Source: Fonticula alba ATCC 38817
Taxonomy: Eukaryota; Protista; Nucleariida
Strand: one strand, 5' to 3'
NCBI GenBank assembly: GCA_000388065.2
Contig: KB932206.1
Length of the DNA: 50,284 bases
Within the stretch, counting starts at the first letter, position 1, and the number at the start of each line of letters is the position of its first letter. Shown piece by piece: positions 1-18,167 of the stretch. The notes below the pieces were generated by a model. The model ran no database searches. It was given only the letters and a program-made list of their open reading frames with translations, and was not told where the DNA came from. The translations under genes and the position numbers were made by a program.

Positions 1-531
1 CCCCCCGGCCTCTCTGCCCTGGGCATGCCCCCGCGCAACACCGCCCTGGAAGCGGGCAGGGCACGGGGGCGGGGTGGGCTGCTGGCCGGCCGGCCGACGA
101 GCCGGGGGGAGGTGCTGTCGCTCGCAGTTTCTCGCCCCATGCCCCTCTCGGTCTTCCCCGGGGGGGGGGGGAACGGCCCGGGTGGGGCGATCGGGCACTG
201 GCCGGGCGGGGCGCGAGGGGGGGGGGCGTCGAATGAGGGCGGGCACATGAGGCGGCGGACAAACTGCGCAGGCGCGCGCAACCTGCGGCCATGCCCCTCC
301 GGACCGCGGGCCTGGGCAGCCAGCCGGCCGGATCGCCCTGGGCTGGGGGGGGGGGGCGGCGCTGCCACATCCTGGCTGGCTGCCCGGGAAGGGGCAAAGC
401 TGTGTTTGTCGGCTTTTACCGGGCGCCTGAGGAAGAAGCCGGGGGGAGGGGGGGGGGCCCGCTCGGGGGCGGCCAGGACTCGGGTGAGTGCGTGCGTTTT
501 GGGGCATTCGCAGACACCGCGGGGCGCCCCC

Positions 532-579
<48 letters not shown>

Positions 580-587
580 CACGCGCA
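532..587. repeat. (GCAC)n microsatellite
   Basis: Direct tandem GCAC units visible. Confidence 0.9.
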
Positions 588-3500
588 AGCTGAAGAGAGA
601 GGCGTGTGTGTCTCCTCTCGGGCATGGCCCGGACGGCGGCGGCGGGGCCACCGGCGGGACCTGCGGCGCGAAAAGGGAAGAAGCCGGCGCGGGGCATGCG
701 CATGGGCCCGGGACGCCGCGGCGTCTGTCAATGCCTGCGCCTTGCTGCGACGGTGGGCACCAATAATGGAGCGCGCCGCTGGGCACCACACACCGAACGC
801 CCGGGCAGGCCGGCGCGGGAGCGGGCCGACGGCAAGCGCGGCTCATTGCCTCGGCACGCCGGCCATCCCCCTCGGGAGGGGGGTGGGCGCCGCGGCGGCC
901 CATGTGCTCCCCCCCTCCCCTTCGCCGCCCGGCAGGGAGCAGGCCCCGTGGGGGGCGGCGGCGGGGGGCAGTCCGGCCGCTGTCCCCCCCGCCCCCCACC
1001 CGCCTGCGCCCCGTCCCCTGAGCCTCCGCCAGAGACGCCGGGAGCCGACTGTCCGGCCTGTCTCACCCGGCCGGGGTACTGTCACCGGCAGGCGCCCTCT
1101 CTCGCCGGTCGGCGTGTGGGCCGTCTCGCCGCTGCCCATGGGGGTGCCCGAGCCCGGTGGCTGCCGGCCCTCGCCTTCTCGCACGCGCTCGCGCCCGCAC
1201 AGAACCATGCACGTACGCGGGCGCCATGTTCACAGGGCCCCCTCCGCAAGCGTGCGCGTGTGGCCCGGCGTCGGCCGGGCGGGGTGCGCCGGGGAAAACT
1301 GGCAAACTCCAAAACACTCGTCCGGGGAGGGAGAGGAGAGCCGGGGGGGGGGGGGGGAAGGCACCGGCCAACAACAGGGCGAGGCAATGTCCGGGCGAGC
1401 TCCTCGAAAAACGTGTCCCCGGGCATAGGAAGGGGCTTCCAGGAGGGGAGGCGCGGGGCGGGCGCATGTCCGGCCTGGGATTCCTCCCGAATGATCGGCC
1501 CGAAAAAGCGCCCGGGCAATCCCGGGCGCGCACGTTCCGCCGGCTCCCGGGTGAGGCGGCGACCAGCCGGAGCGAGAGACCCAGGGCATGGGCCGCTTGC
1601 ACAGAAACACACACACACACACAGAGAAGCACGCAAAGGCACATGCCGAGCGGGGGCACCCCGGGACCGGGCCCGACGAAGGCAGCCGGGCGCCGCCCCA
1701 CAAGCGGGGAACATGCGCGGCCGGGGCATGCTCCCGGGGGGGGGGGGGGGGCGGGGACGCGGACACCTTCACACGCACGCGCACCAGACGCGCGAGCGCG
1801 CGCGCGCCCGGCGGATGGGGAACCGGCAACAGGGGGCCCCGAGGAGATTTGACCCAAACCAAGGGCGAAACCCCGGCCCTGCCGATTCGTCGGCACCATG
1901 CTCATAATATTCCGGTAACGGCATTCCGCCCTGTCGGCGCGCAGCCAAGGGGTGTGATTTTGCAGGGGTCGGGATCACGTCGAGGCTCGGCTGACGCCTC
2001 GGGCTCCAATCACGCCGGCCGCCGGTCTCCGGCGTGGCCACAATCCCGAAGGGCCCGGATGGATGGGCAACCCATCGGGCGCCCGCGCGGGTAGGGAGAT
2101 TTAGGGCCGAAAGGACACATCGATGTGCAGGCACACCGGTGCGGATACCCCCCCCCCCAGTACCGGGGGCGACGCCGAGAAAAGCCGCGATACGGGCGGT
2201 GCGCCTTGCTCCGGCTGTCGCGCGAGCTGATCGGCTGGATGCGCAGGGGCGCGGCGACGGCGGGAACAACACCGGGGGGGGGACCATTTTACGAGACGCG
2301 AGGGAGCCGGTTCCAGTTTGACGACACCCGGGGGAGGATCGAGCGGCGAGGGGGGCCATCGGCAGCCAGGCCCCTGAGCGGGGGAGGCCAGGCCGGCCGA
2401 AGGCGCCCGGCGCGAACATGCGCCAGGAGCGAGGGTCGTCCATAACGGCGCACTTTTCAGGGGGGGGCGATGGGGGGAGGGGCAGACGAGAATAAGGGCT
2501 TTTTAAATAACAGAGCGCACATACGCCCCCTCCCCCCCTCCCCTATATCTTCAGTGTGTGTCATGTGCATTGCCTGTGTGTTTTTTTCTCTCTCGGGGGG
2601 GAGAGTGGCCGTGCTTTTGTTGGGCCCCCCGGAGCAGCGGCCAGTCGTCCGGCATGGATCCCCCCGGGGGGGGGGGGGGGGGCGACGGGCCGGGTTATTG
2701 GCTGGTCATATATGCGCCTCTCCCACCACCTGCTCGGCGGTTGGTCAGCAGGAGGGAACGCGCATGCCGAGACGCCGGGAGCCGGGCCATATTGGCCGGC
2801 TTTCGCGGCCGTGCGCTCATTATTAGGTGGTTTTCTTCTCGCTCGCCCCCCGGAGCACAGTCATGGATCCCATTCGCGCGCCCCCCCTGCCTCCCCCCCC
2901 CCCGGCTCGCCATTTCAATGGAACTCCCCTCCGTCCGGCGGCCCTGATTCGGGGGAGTTGGAGAGCACCATGGGTGTGTGTGTGCCCACGCGTGTTGTGC
3001 GCATCCAACATGCGCATGCAATCCGCGCCCCCCCCCCCCCGGATAGCGGATGGATGGGTGCTCGGTTGTCGGCGTTGGTGGCCGCGGTTGCCCCCGCCCC
3101 CCGCCCCCCGGCCCGGGCCCCGGCCCCGGGGGCCCCGTTGGCCACTTCTCAACACCGGCGCATGTGCGCCGCACGCTTGTTGGCTGGCGCCGGCCCGCGC
3201 GGCGTCCTCCCCGCATGGAACGTGCGGCTCCCGGCCGATGGGCCGCCGCTTCCGAACACGATGCCGGCCGGCCGGCAATTCCCACACCAATTTGGGGCGC
3301 CCATTCACCAATCTGGATGTCGGGCTCTTCGCCGGTTTATGCCGCCCCCCTCCCCGCCGAATCGTCCCGACTTTTTGGAGGCCCGCCCCGGCGCGGGGCA
3401 CGGCGCCCGGCGAAACCGCGCCGCCCGACAACCAGTCACGCATGCGCGGCGGTGTATTCCGTTTGCCCGCGGCGGTGGGCCACCCGCCCCCCGGCCAGCC

Positions 3501-4775
3501 CCCAAGCCCGGGGAAGAGGGGCGCCGCCCGCCCGCACAATGCACCCAACCCTGCGCCGCGGCCCCCCCCCCCCCCACTCGCCCGGACCTCGCGAGCCTGC
3601 CCGGCGGATCCCCCCCTTCGCACGGGCGCCCTCGTTTCGGCGTCCTTCGGCGGGGCGGCCACAAATTGCCTCGCTGCATTCAGGCACCCGGCACCGGGCC
3701 CGGCTGGTGTTCGGTCCCTCCCCTGCGCCGCCTCCATTCCGCCCCCCCCCCGGGGGGGGGGGGGGGGGGGGGGGNNNNNNNNNNNNNNNNNNNNNNNNNN
3801 NNNNNNNNNNNNNNNNNNNNNNNNNNNNNNNNNNNNNNNNNNNNNNNNNNNNNNNNNNNNNNNNNNNNNNNNNNNNNNNNNNNNNNNNNNNNNNNNNNNN
3901 NNNNNNNNNNNNNNNNNNNNNNNNNNNNNNNNNNNNNNNNNNNNNNNNNNNNNNNNNNNNNNNNNNNNNNNNNNNNNNNNNNNNNNNNNNNNNNNNNNNN
4001 NNNNNNNNNNNNNNNNNNNNNNNNNNNNNNNNNNNNNNNNNNNNNNNNNNNNNNNNNNNNNNNNNNNNNNNNNNNNNNNNNGGGGGGGGGGGGGGGGGGA
4101 GGGGGCGCGGCCGAGGACCGGGACCAGCTGTTCCCCGGCCCGCGCGTCCCCGAGGCTCGGGCGCTCATGGGCCGGTGTTTCCGCCCGCCCCACCCCGGCC
4201 CTCGGTCCCGGGGCGCGGTGGCCGTCGCCGGCCGGCGATCGCGCCAAGAAGCCCGGGGTTCCCCATGGGTTGGGGCCCGCACGCGCGCGCGCGCGCGCGT
4301 CTGCGCCCGGGGACGCAGACGGGGCTCCCCCCGCCCCCCTCCCCCGCCGGCTGTGGCTGGCTCAGGGGCTTCCCCCACCCGCCCCGCCCCCAGCATGGCC
4401 CCCGCGTTCGTGCTGCCTCGGAAGGCGCGCCGGAGCGCCGCACACACCTGCCCCTCGATGACCCCATGCTGGTTCTTCGGAAGGTCCGCCACCCGCCGCC
4501 CCGCGTCCGACTGGCGGGGGTGGCCGGGCCGGGGGCGTGCGCGACGCCGCCCGCCGGGGATCTCTCTCTCTCTCTCTCTCCCTCTCTCTCGCTAGAGATG
4601 CCCACGGCATGGGCCTGTTTCGCCCCGCAGAGGGCGGATCTCGTTGCACGGTGTGCCGCCGCCGCCCCCCCGTGCGAGGCGCAGCGCGTCCCGGCCGGAC
4701 CCTCTTTCGGCCGCCTGGCCAAGGGCGGACCGGCTCCTTGGCCTGACGACAACCCGCCCCGCCGCCTCCCCACCC

Positions 4776-4810
<35 letters not shown>

Positions 4811-4887
4811 GATCCCTCCTCGCTGTCGCTGCCCCCCTCCCGCCCCCCCCCCTGCTTCTTTCCCCACCTCCCCGCCCGCCCTCCAAC

Positions 4888-7800
4888 ATGCAGCCCGGAA
4901 GTGGGGCCGGGATGGACACCGCCCCGGCTCCTTCTGCCCTCGACGCTGCAGCCGCCGCCCCTTCGCCGCGGCTCTCCCCGGGTGTCGGCGAGACTGGCAG
5001 CCAGGCCGAGGAGCAGCCCACCTTCACGGCCCTCTGCCCGGCACACTCTCCCAAGCCGGCCGCTTGCAACGCCGGTGCCGACCCTTCCGCCACGTCCCTC
5101 TGTCCGTCGCCCGGCCTGCTCCCTCCGCCCGCCCCCCCCCTGCCTGCCTGCCTTCTGGGCGCCCCTCCCCGCTGTCGGTCCATCACATGCACCATGCGTC
5201 CAGCTCCTCTGACATCCCCCCCCCCCCTGGTTGCACTCGATCCAGATGCTGGACCACGCTTCTTCTCCGAGTCCGCGCTCTCCGTCGTACGCCGGCACCC
5301 GGCCCACCACCCGCTCGCCCCCTCCTTCCATCTCGCCTGTTCCCCCCCCCCCCCTGCTTTCCCCCCACGCTCACCCACCTCCGTCGTAGCTCGACGCGGC
5401 CCCCGGTCGTGATGACCCCTCGCCGGCGGCCGGCCTCCCCAACGACGCGCTCCACCCCCTGAAGGTGGTCCTCTCGGCATCGGCCATCAGCGACGTCGGC
5501 CAGCCGGCCGGAAGCCCGGAGGCCGCCCTGCCCGGCCTCCCAAATCGCCAGCCCGGCAGCGGCAGCGGCAGCGGCAGCGGCAGCACCGATGGCTCCTCCA
5601 CCGGGGAATCCCTCTACTCGTCCTTCGTCTCCCTCGACGGGGTGTCCCCCACGCCGGATCGCAACCGCTGCCCCGAGCTGTCGGTCCGCATCCCGACCCC
5701 GCCCTTTGGCATCCTCTTCCCGCTGGCCCTGTCGCCCATGGTCCGGGCCCAGAACCAGCGTCTCGAGGAGGACATGCACTGCTGTCATTGCGCCGGGATC
5801 CACCTGCGCAGCCCGCAGTCCGCCACCGAGGCGGAGCACTGCCTCCCGGAGGCGGGCCCCGGCCAGGAGCCCCTGTCCCTGGCCTCGCTCAAGCTCCTGG
5901 CCCTTCGGTCCCAGGCGGCGGCCAGCCGCCCGGCGCATTCCTACACCTCGGCCCTGGAGGGCTGCTCGCCCCGGGCTCTGGTCCACTTGCTCACGTCGCC
6001 CGGGTTCGGCTGCGACTGTTGGCGGCCGCTGGAGGCCGCGGCGCTGCGGGCCTTCGAGGCGCCCGGCCCCGGCCCGGCTCCCGGCAGCACGCCCGCCAGT
6101 GTGCCGGCCATCCCGGACACCCTGTGCCGTGGGGCCACCTGCTTCCCCACGCACGCGGCCGACTTCTTCCTGTCCTTTCGCATTTTCCTCTCGCCGGCGG
6201 TCCTCCTGCGCCACATCCTGCGGGCGTGGTTTGACACGGTCTGTCCCTTGCAGAAGCCCGACCAGTGCGACTGTCTGAATGATGCCCTGCCCGCGTCGAC
6301 CGTCCGCTTTGCCTGTCGCTTCCACTTCGCCGCGGTCCGCCTCTTCCGGTATCCTCCCCTCCCCCCCTTCCTGTGGCTTTCCTCCCTCTCGCCGGCTTCC
6401 AACGGCCACCTCGCACGTTGCTCCGCAGCCACCTGACCTCCCCCCCCCCCTTCCCACCTGCCCCACCTTGCAACNNNNNNNNNNNNNNNNNNNNNNNNNN
6501 NNNNNNNNNNNNNNNNNNNNNNNNNNNNNNNNNNNNNNNNNNNNNNNNNNNNNNNNNNNNNNNNNNNNNNNNNNNNNNNNNNNNNNNNNNNNNNNNNNNN
6601 NNNNNNNNNNNNNNNNNNNNNNNNNNNNNNNNNNCTCTCGCATTGGGTCGAGGCGCACTTTTACGATTTCGATGCCGATCCCCAGCTCCTGCGCTTGTTG
6701 TCGGCATCGGTGGATGCGCTCCACATGTCGGTGGCCGATTCGCTGACCGGGGCATCTGCCCTGGCGGCGGCCCTGCTGGAGTCCATCCGGGATTTGGGCC
6801 GCGCCGTGGCCGCCGCCCGGCCGGGCTACCGCTTCACCGCCTCCCCGGCCCTGATCACGTCCAATCATCGGGTCTTCCTGCAGACGGTCTGCCTGCATCA
6901 CCGCCAGGCGGCCGGCCTCAGTGAGGACCCCCATGCGGCCGGTCTGGCCGATGCCCGCTGCTTGCCGACGGTGCTCGGGTCGCATGTGGCCCTGGCCCCG
7001 GGGCCGCGGCCCGGGCCGCAGGCCCCCTCCGACCCTCGGGCCCCCCAGCAGCCTGCCTCGATGGCCGGGGCCGCCCCCTCGACCGGTGCCATCCACTGCC
7101 CGATGAACAGCTTCCCCCTGCGCATGAACCGCTCCACCTCGAGCCTCTCCTGTGATTCGGTGGCCTCCGGCGCCAGTGGCACTGCCTTCGGCAGCACCGC
7201 CTCCATGCTGCCCTCCCTGTCGGTGCCCCCTTCGCCATCCGGCTCTCAGCCGGCCTTCTTCCTGCCACGGTCGCGCTCCAGCTCCTCCCCCTCGGCCTTG
7301 CTGCATCTGGGCCCGGCGGCCTTGCGGGGCGGCCGTCCGGCCTCCACCATCCTCCCCTCCGGGGAGGAGGGCTCTGCTGGCAGTGGCGCCGGCACGGCCG
7401 CCGGGCCCCTGCGCAGCGGCACCTCCACCACCTTCAACGAGATGGCCGACTTCGAGCCGACCAAGGTCCCCTCGCCGATGCATGGCACGCCTCCCGGCCT
7501 GCCGGGCGACCGGCCGGCATCTCTGCACGCCGGGCTGGACCTCGCCCGGGTGGACATGCGTGCCAATCCCTCGATCACCCTGTCGGTGTGTGCGGCCGGC
7601 TCGGCGCCCGGGCCCGGGCACATGCTCGGCGAGGAGGACCCTGCCCCGGCCTCCGGCGGCAGTGCCCTGTCCACGTTGTCTCTCAGCACCACCTCCTCCG
7701 GGGAGGAGGGCGTCTCGGCCGGGGCCCCGGTGGCCGGCGGCCATGGCAGCCGGTCGGTGTCGCCGGCGCTCGGGCCCACCGATGCCGGGCGTCCCCCGGC

Positions 7801-10690
7801 GCCCCCGGGGTCGGTGGCCCAGCGCCGGCCGAACTTCCTGTCCATCCGGACCAAGCGCCTGTCGCAGATCATCTTCGACGAGCCGGACCCGACGGCCATG
7901 CTGCGGTCTCCCGCCTCGTTGTCTGGATCTGCCTCCACGTCTGCCTCGGTCTCGGCGTCGGCCTCCACTTCGACCTCCACCTCGTCGATCGAGCTCAGCG
8001 GCCAGGGGGTGCCGGCGGCGGCCATGCCGGCCGGGCCGTTTGGCCTGCCGCCGCACCCCCTGGCCGAGCCGCTCCGCATGTCGCCCTTCCGGCTGACTTC
8101 CTTCTCCTTCAGCACCGGCACCGCCGGGCTGCAGACATGTACCCTGCACTTGTTGGATGTGCTGCGCGAGCTGACCGTGGCCACGTCGGACCTCTTTGCG
8201 GCCGTCACGCCGGCCGACTTGTCCTACCGCCTGTTGGGGAAGGTGGCGTCGCCGGATTTCGGGCTGGCGGCCGTGGCCCCCGGGCCCGGGACCGGCCCCA
8301 CGGTCACGGTCCTTGCGCCGGCCGCCGCCGCCGCCGCCGAGGCAGCAGAGCACAACATCGGCGAGTGGCCGGCCCTGGTGGCGCTGGCGCGCGAGTGTGG
8401 CTTCCACCTCCCGGCCGAGCGGGCATCGTGGCTGGTGCCGGAGGCCGGTGCCCCGGCGCCGGATGTTGGCTCCGACCCCGGGCCGGGGGCCCCTCCGCCG
8501 ACCGACGAGCCGAGCCCGGACTACATCCCCATGCCGCCGGCCTTGGCTCGGCTGACGAGTCTCTTCAATCGCATCTCCCAGTGGGTGGCGCATGAGGTTC
8601 TGCTGGCGGCCCTGAGTTCCGGGCAGGCGGGAGCCGGCAGCAGCGGCGGGGGCGGGGGCCCCGGCGGCGGGGCCGCCGGCGCCCGTCGCAAGCGGTCCTT
8701 CTCCTTCTCCTCCAAGCGCCGGTCGACCATCGCGGTGCCGACATCGCCCCTGACGGCCGGGCCGCCGGCGCCGGCGGAGCAGCTGCTCTCCCCGCGCGGT
8801 GGGTCGGCCACCTCCTCGCTGTCGTCGTCCTCTTCGTCGAGCCCGACCGGCAGCATGCCTTCAGTCAGTGGGTTTGGGCTTTCCTGCCCCAACAGCATGA
8901 GCGCCCTTTCCCTGTGGTCCGGGATCCCGAGCCAGCCGCGCTCGCTGCCGGACGGCGCCACCCAAGCCTGGCTGTCTCTCAGTGAGCTGGCCCTCCCGGC
9001 GTGGGCCCCGGCGCCAGCATCGGCCAATGCTGCTACCGCTGCCGCCGGCGCCGGCGCCGGCGCCGCCGGCGCAAGCACCGCGTCGGTGGTGGTCGATGCC
9101 CCGCCCTCCTCGCCGCCGACTCCGGTGTCGCCGGCCGTGGCTCCCGGCTCCTCTGCCCCCACGCCGATCGATGCCTCGTATGGGTCCTTTGTGCTGGGGC
9201 TCTTCATCCAGCTGTCCTACCTGGCGGCGTGCTGGCGTAACTACTTTGTCAGGTGCGGGCCCCCTCGGTCGCCCCTTTGGGTGTTTCCTCTCTGTCTCGT
9301 GCCGCCGGCTGTCCCTGGGGGGTGGTCCATGTCCGCTGCTTATGTCTCATGCCTTTGTCGCTGCTCCTGTCCGGCCATCGGCCTTTTTTTTTCTCCTCCC
9401 CCACTGCCTCACTCACATCGGTTGCCGGGTCTCCGCGCCTAGCCTGGCCATCTACGCGGGGCTTTCCTTGCAGCCGGTGTACCGGCTGCAGTCCCTGTGG
9501 GCTGGCTTGTCGCCGGAGGCCACCGCCCTGTGGGCCTACCTCGGGGAGCACCTCTCCTCGCGACGCAACTACCAGATGTACCGCAATCTCCTGTCACTCA
9601 ATAGCCAGGTGGCCCTGCGCGAGGAGGAGGGCGCCTTCCTCCAAGCGCACACTAGCCCGGCTCTGGCGCACCCGGTGCGCCAAGTCCATGCGCCGGCGCT
9701 CCCGTACATCGGCTCGCTGCTGGGCCGGCTGACCTCGCTGCACGAGCGGTCCCTTTCGTGGCTGCCACCGCGCCCGGTGCCGGCTGTCACCGACTTGGGC
9801 ACCTGCCCCGTGCCTCGGAGCCTGGCCCGGCTGCCGATCACCCGCGAGTCGCAGGATCTCCTGCTTCCCGGGCTGGGGCCGGCCTCGGGCGACGCTGTCC
9901 CAGGCCCCCCGGGGGGGGCGGCCACGGCGGCCACCGGCGATGCGGGGCTCTTCCTGTGCCCCTGCCCGGAGGGCCATGCGGGCCCCGGCACCGCGGGCGA
10001 TCTTGCTGACGGGCCGGTCATCCGTTGGTCCAAGCTCCTGGACTTGGCCCATGTCTTCCGGTCGGAGATCCTCATTCACCAGGTGGCCCTTGGGAGCCGG
10101 GACTTCATGACGTCCTTCATGATGGTCCCGGCCAATGAGGAGGCCCCCGGCCATGAGGCCGATGCCTCCCCGGCCCAGGTGCCGACCCCCACCATGGACT
10201 GGTTCTCCCTCCGCTGGCCGGACCTGTCGGACTTCCTGCCGGCTCCGCTGGCCTCAACCAAGGCCGGCCCCGGGGGCGAGGCCGCGCCGGAGGTCCCGCC
10301 CCTTTTCTCCATCCAGGACCTGCTGAAGCCATTCACCGATCCGTCACTGATGGCGGGCGACCGGCCGTCGGTGGCTGCTCGGGCTTTGGTTGCCCAACGC
10401 CTGGTTCCCGGCTCGGATACCAACTTCTCCCTGGAGTCCCTCCGGACGGAGGACTTCTCCAACATCCTGTTCGCGGTGCGTGTGCTGCCTTCCCTCGGCG
10501 ATGGCCGCTGCCCTGGGGCACGTGTCCCGCCACTGGTGTGCCCTTCGCGCGAAGCCTGACGATCCCCCCCCCCCCCCTCCCCCCTCTGGCATGCGTGCAG
10601 CTATCTTACCTGGTCGAGCCGTCTGGCAGCTCCTCGACCCCGGCGTCGCAGCTGGCGGCCAGCGCCCCCCTCCCTAATGTCAGTGGTACC
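4888..10690 (+). CDS. Ras guanine-nucleotide exchange factor (REM/RasGEF_N plus CDC25 domain), multi-exon, with long S/P/A-rich inserts
   Basis: Phase-consistent exons: 4888-5074, 5246-5286, 5465-~6348, gap, ~6696-9252, 9443-~10476, ~10601 onward. REM-like DFFLSFRIFLSPAVLLRHIL. CDC25 hallmarks LFNRISQWVAHEVL, NYFV|SLAIYAGLSLQPVYRLQSLW, LPYIGSLLGRLTSLHE, IRWSKLLDL and terminal LSYLVEP. The 5' exons and the stop codon are uncertain. Confidence 0.85.
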
Positions 10691-11688
10691 GGCTCCGTGC
10701 GGTTCCGGTGCGTTTTCCTCCTCGCCCCCTGTTGCCCCTTTGGCCCGGATGTGCTGGCGCTTGCCTTTCTGCCTGACTGACGTGTGTGTGTTCCGCCACA
10801 CATTGCACGCTGCTCGTCCTGGTGCCATGCACAGGCGCCTCCGCTCCATCCGGCGGCTGTAATCTCCCCAGGCGGTCTCATTCGCCCCACCTCCACACAT
10901 ACACACACACACAGCTCCCACCCCCCCCCCCCTCCCCCCTTGATGGGTAGCCACGCGCATGGGTAATAGAGCTCTCTCCCCCTGTCTCTGAGCCCTCCCA
11001 CGCGCTGGGTGTGCACCTGTCTCCCCCCTCTCAATAGACTCCTCCCCTTGATTTCATGCGTCGCTGTGTTGGGGATGTATGGTTTTATTTTCGTGCTCTT
11101 CTGACAGCGCCAGCACAGAGTGCATGCTCGGGAGCGCATGGTGCCTTCCCGGAGATCGGCGACCCCGAGAGGCAAGAGAGGAGGCGGCTCTTGGTGCTGG
11201 CTCCGAAAGGGGTGGCAGGGCCCACATGGACAGGTGGTTCTCCCGGGCTCTTTTTCCCTTTCTCCCTGTTTGTCTCTTCCGCCCTCGATTGAGCTGCCTT
11301 GCCTGGTGCAATCCGGCCGCGGGGAGCCGCGCCCAAAGTACGGGACCCGGCGAAGGGCAGGCAACGACAGAGGGGAGGCAGCACAAGAGTCGGAATGTGC
11401 AAGGGCACACATGCACGTATGGGGAACAACTTGTCCGCCATCTCCGTGACCGGCTGCCGCACCATTCTGTCTCACACTTACTCGCTTTGTTCCGGGAAGA
11501 CACGGCGCACAGTACGCGTCTCTGTGTGTGTGCGTGTGTGTGCACGTGCGCAGATGGACATACACACACGCGCAACCACAAATGAATGCGGCCTCGCATG
11601 GTGGCGGCGTGGCACCCTCCCAGGCGAAGGCCCCCCGCCCGCCCCCCGGCCATCGGAGGCAAGGCAGGCCCCCAGGCAGGAGAGCGGC

Positions 11689-16245
<4,557 letters not shown>

Positions 16246-18167
16246 GGCGGCAGTTAAAAGGTCGCGGAAGGGCGCGCTGCCAGCATGAAGGGGCGGTGAA
16301 AGGGCGACAGGAGGGGGGGAGGAGGAGGAGGAGAGGAGGGGACAGGGAGTGAGGAAGGGAGGGGGGGGGAGGGGAGAGGCAGGAGGAGATGGGCGTATGG
16401 GGCGGTCGGTGCTCCGAGTCGCTCGGGCCCCCCGGGCGAGGCCGCACCCCTTCAGCCACGGCGGGAGGCGGGGCGGGGAGGCCGGCGCGCGGAGGCGGCC
16501 AGGGCACACGGCCGGGCGTGCAGGCGGCCAGGGGGGCCAACGGAGAACCACGCCCGGGCGGACCAACAGGGCATGTTTACTTTTTTCCGGCCCATCTGCC
16601 GACAGATTGCCTGCCGCGTCAACTCGGGTGGGTGTGCGTGTCTGCGATCGCGCCGGGCCCCCGGGGCGGGGGGCCCCGCCGCCATCGTGACCGCGGCAAC
16701 TTTGGCGGCTTGTTCGGACACCCAGCGCGACGGACGCCGGAAAGGCCCCTCCCCCCCGCACCCGGCCGGGCGGTCGGCTGGCCGGCTGTCGGGCAAACAA
16801 GACGGTGTTGGCGCGCGCGCGCGCGCGCGCAGTGTGCGCGGCCGCCATGGCGCCGGCGCGTGGGGGGGCCCTTTCCGGCGCGCGGCCGCGGATGCCCCGG
16901 TGGTCGTGCGTGTCGGCGCCGGGCCACGCACATCGCCCGGTCCGCAGGCAGGTGGCACCAGTGTGCCGGGAGCCTGTCCGATCGCCGGGCGCCTGGCTGA
17001 CATGTCGCCGCGGCGGCCGGGTTCCCCCGGCTCCGCCCCCCGAGCACTGTGCCCCGCCCTGGCCACCACCCGGGCCACGACGACGCGCATCATCGCCGGC
17101 CCGCCGGGGCCGCTTTGTTATGCACGCGCGAACACGGGCCGGTGGTGCTTTGCCCAGTCATCCCCCCGACGGCACCTATCTCTCCCGCGCCCTCCGCCGG
17201 GGGCCGGCGGAAACCCAAGGGGACAGGGCGCCGCAGGCGTGTCCGCGCGCGCGCGCGCCCAGAGCCCGGCCGCAGGGGTTGGCACCGGCGCGAAGATAAG
17301 GGCCGATCTCGCCCACAGCCCGAGGGGCGCGAGGGGGCGCCTTCGGATTAGCCCGCCGGCCGGCCGGCAGCCCTGCCTCTGGAGCGCGGATGTCCGTGCG
17401 CGCTCCCGCCCCGGCTGGCACGGTCCCCCGGGGCACCCAACTCACCTCCCTTGGGCAGGTGCCCACGCAAAACGCCACGTTTTGAGATCGGAGAAGTTTA
17501 TTGGCGGCTTCTTTTGCCTGCGTGTGTGTGTGTGTTCGGGGGGGGCGGGGGGAGGGGGTCCCGTGTGCGCGTTTCCCACCTCCGGAGAGGGGGAAATATG
17601 CCACAAGGGACGAGGTATGCTGGATGGGCCCCGCGCGCGCGCGCGTCCATCCTCCCCGTCGGGCGTGCGGGGCCTCCCCGCGGCGTCCGGGGGGGGGGGG
17701 GGNNNNNNNNNNNNNNNNNNNNNNNNNNNNNNNNNNNNNNNNNNNNNNNNNNNNNNNNNNNNNNNNNNNNNNNNNNNNNNNNNNNNNNNNNNNNNNNNNN
17801 NNNNNNNNNNNNNNNNNNNNNNNNNNNNNNNNNNNNNNNNNNNNNNNNNNNNNNNNNNNNNNNNNNNNNNNNNNNNNNNNNNNNNNNNNNNNNNNNNNNN
17901 NNNNNNNNNNNNNNNNNNNNNNNNNNNNNNNNNNNNNNNNNNNNNNNNNNNNNNNNNNNNNNNNNNNNNAGGGGGGGGGAAACAAGGACAGCGGAGCCTG
18001 GGCAAGGGGGAAAGGATGATCTGCCAGGCAGGTGTGATGGGGGTGGCCGGGGCGCGGGGGATCGGGCAATGTGCACGAAGGGGGGGGGGGGGGGCCGCCG
18101 GCGGGGGCGGCCAGGAGCGACCAAATGCCCCACAAGCACCCCCCTCGCCCTCGCTCCACTCCCCGCG

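Noticed and set aside
5183-8593. 1136-aa minus-strand ORF
   Set aside because: Antisense shadow of the RasGEF exons, caused by stop-poor GC-rich codons; R/G-rich with no domain features, and it reads through an N-gap.
16811-16830. (GC)n palindromic runs (also near 1790, 4283, 17245, 17635, 30478) as specific Z-DNA or hairpin regulators
   Set aside because: Frequent throughout the non-coding DNA of this window; no evidence of a specific function.
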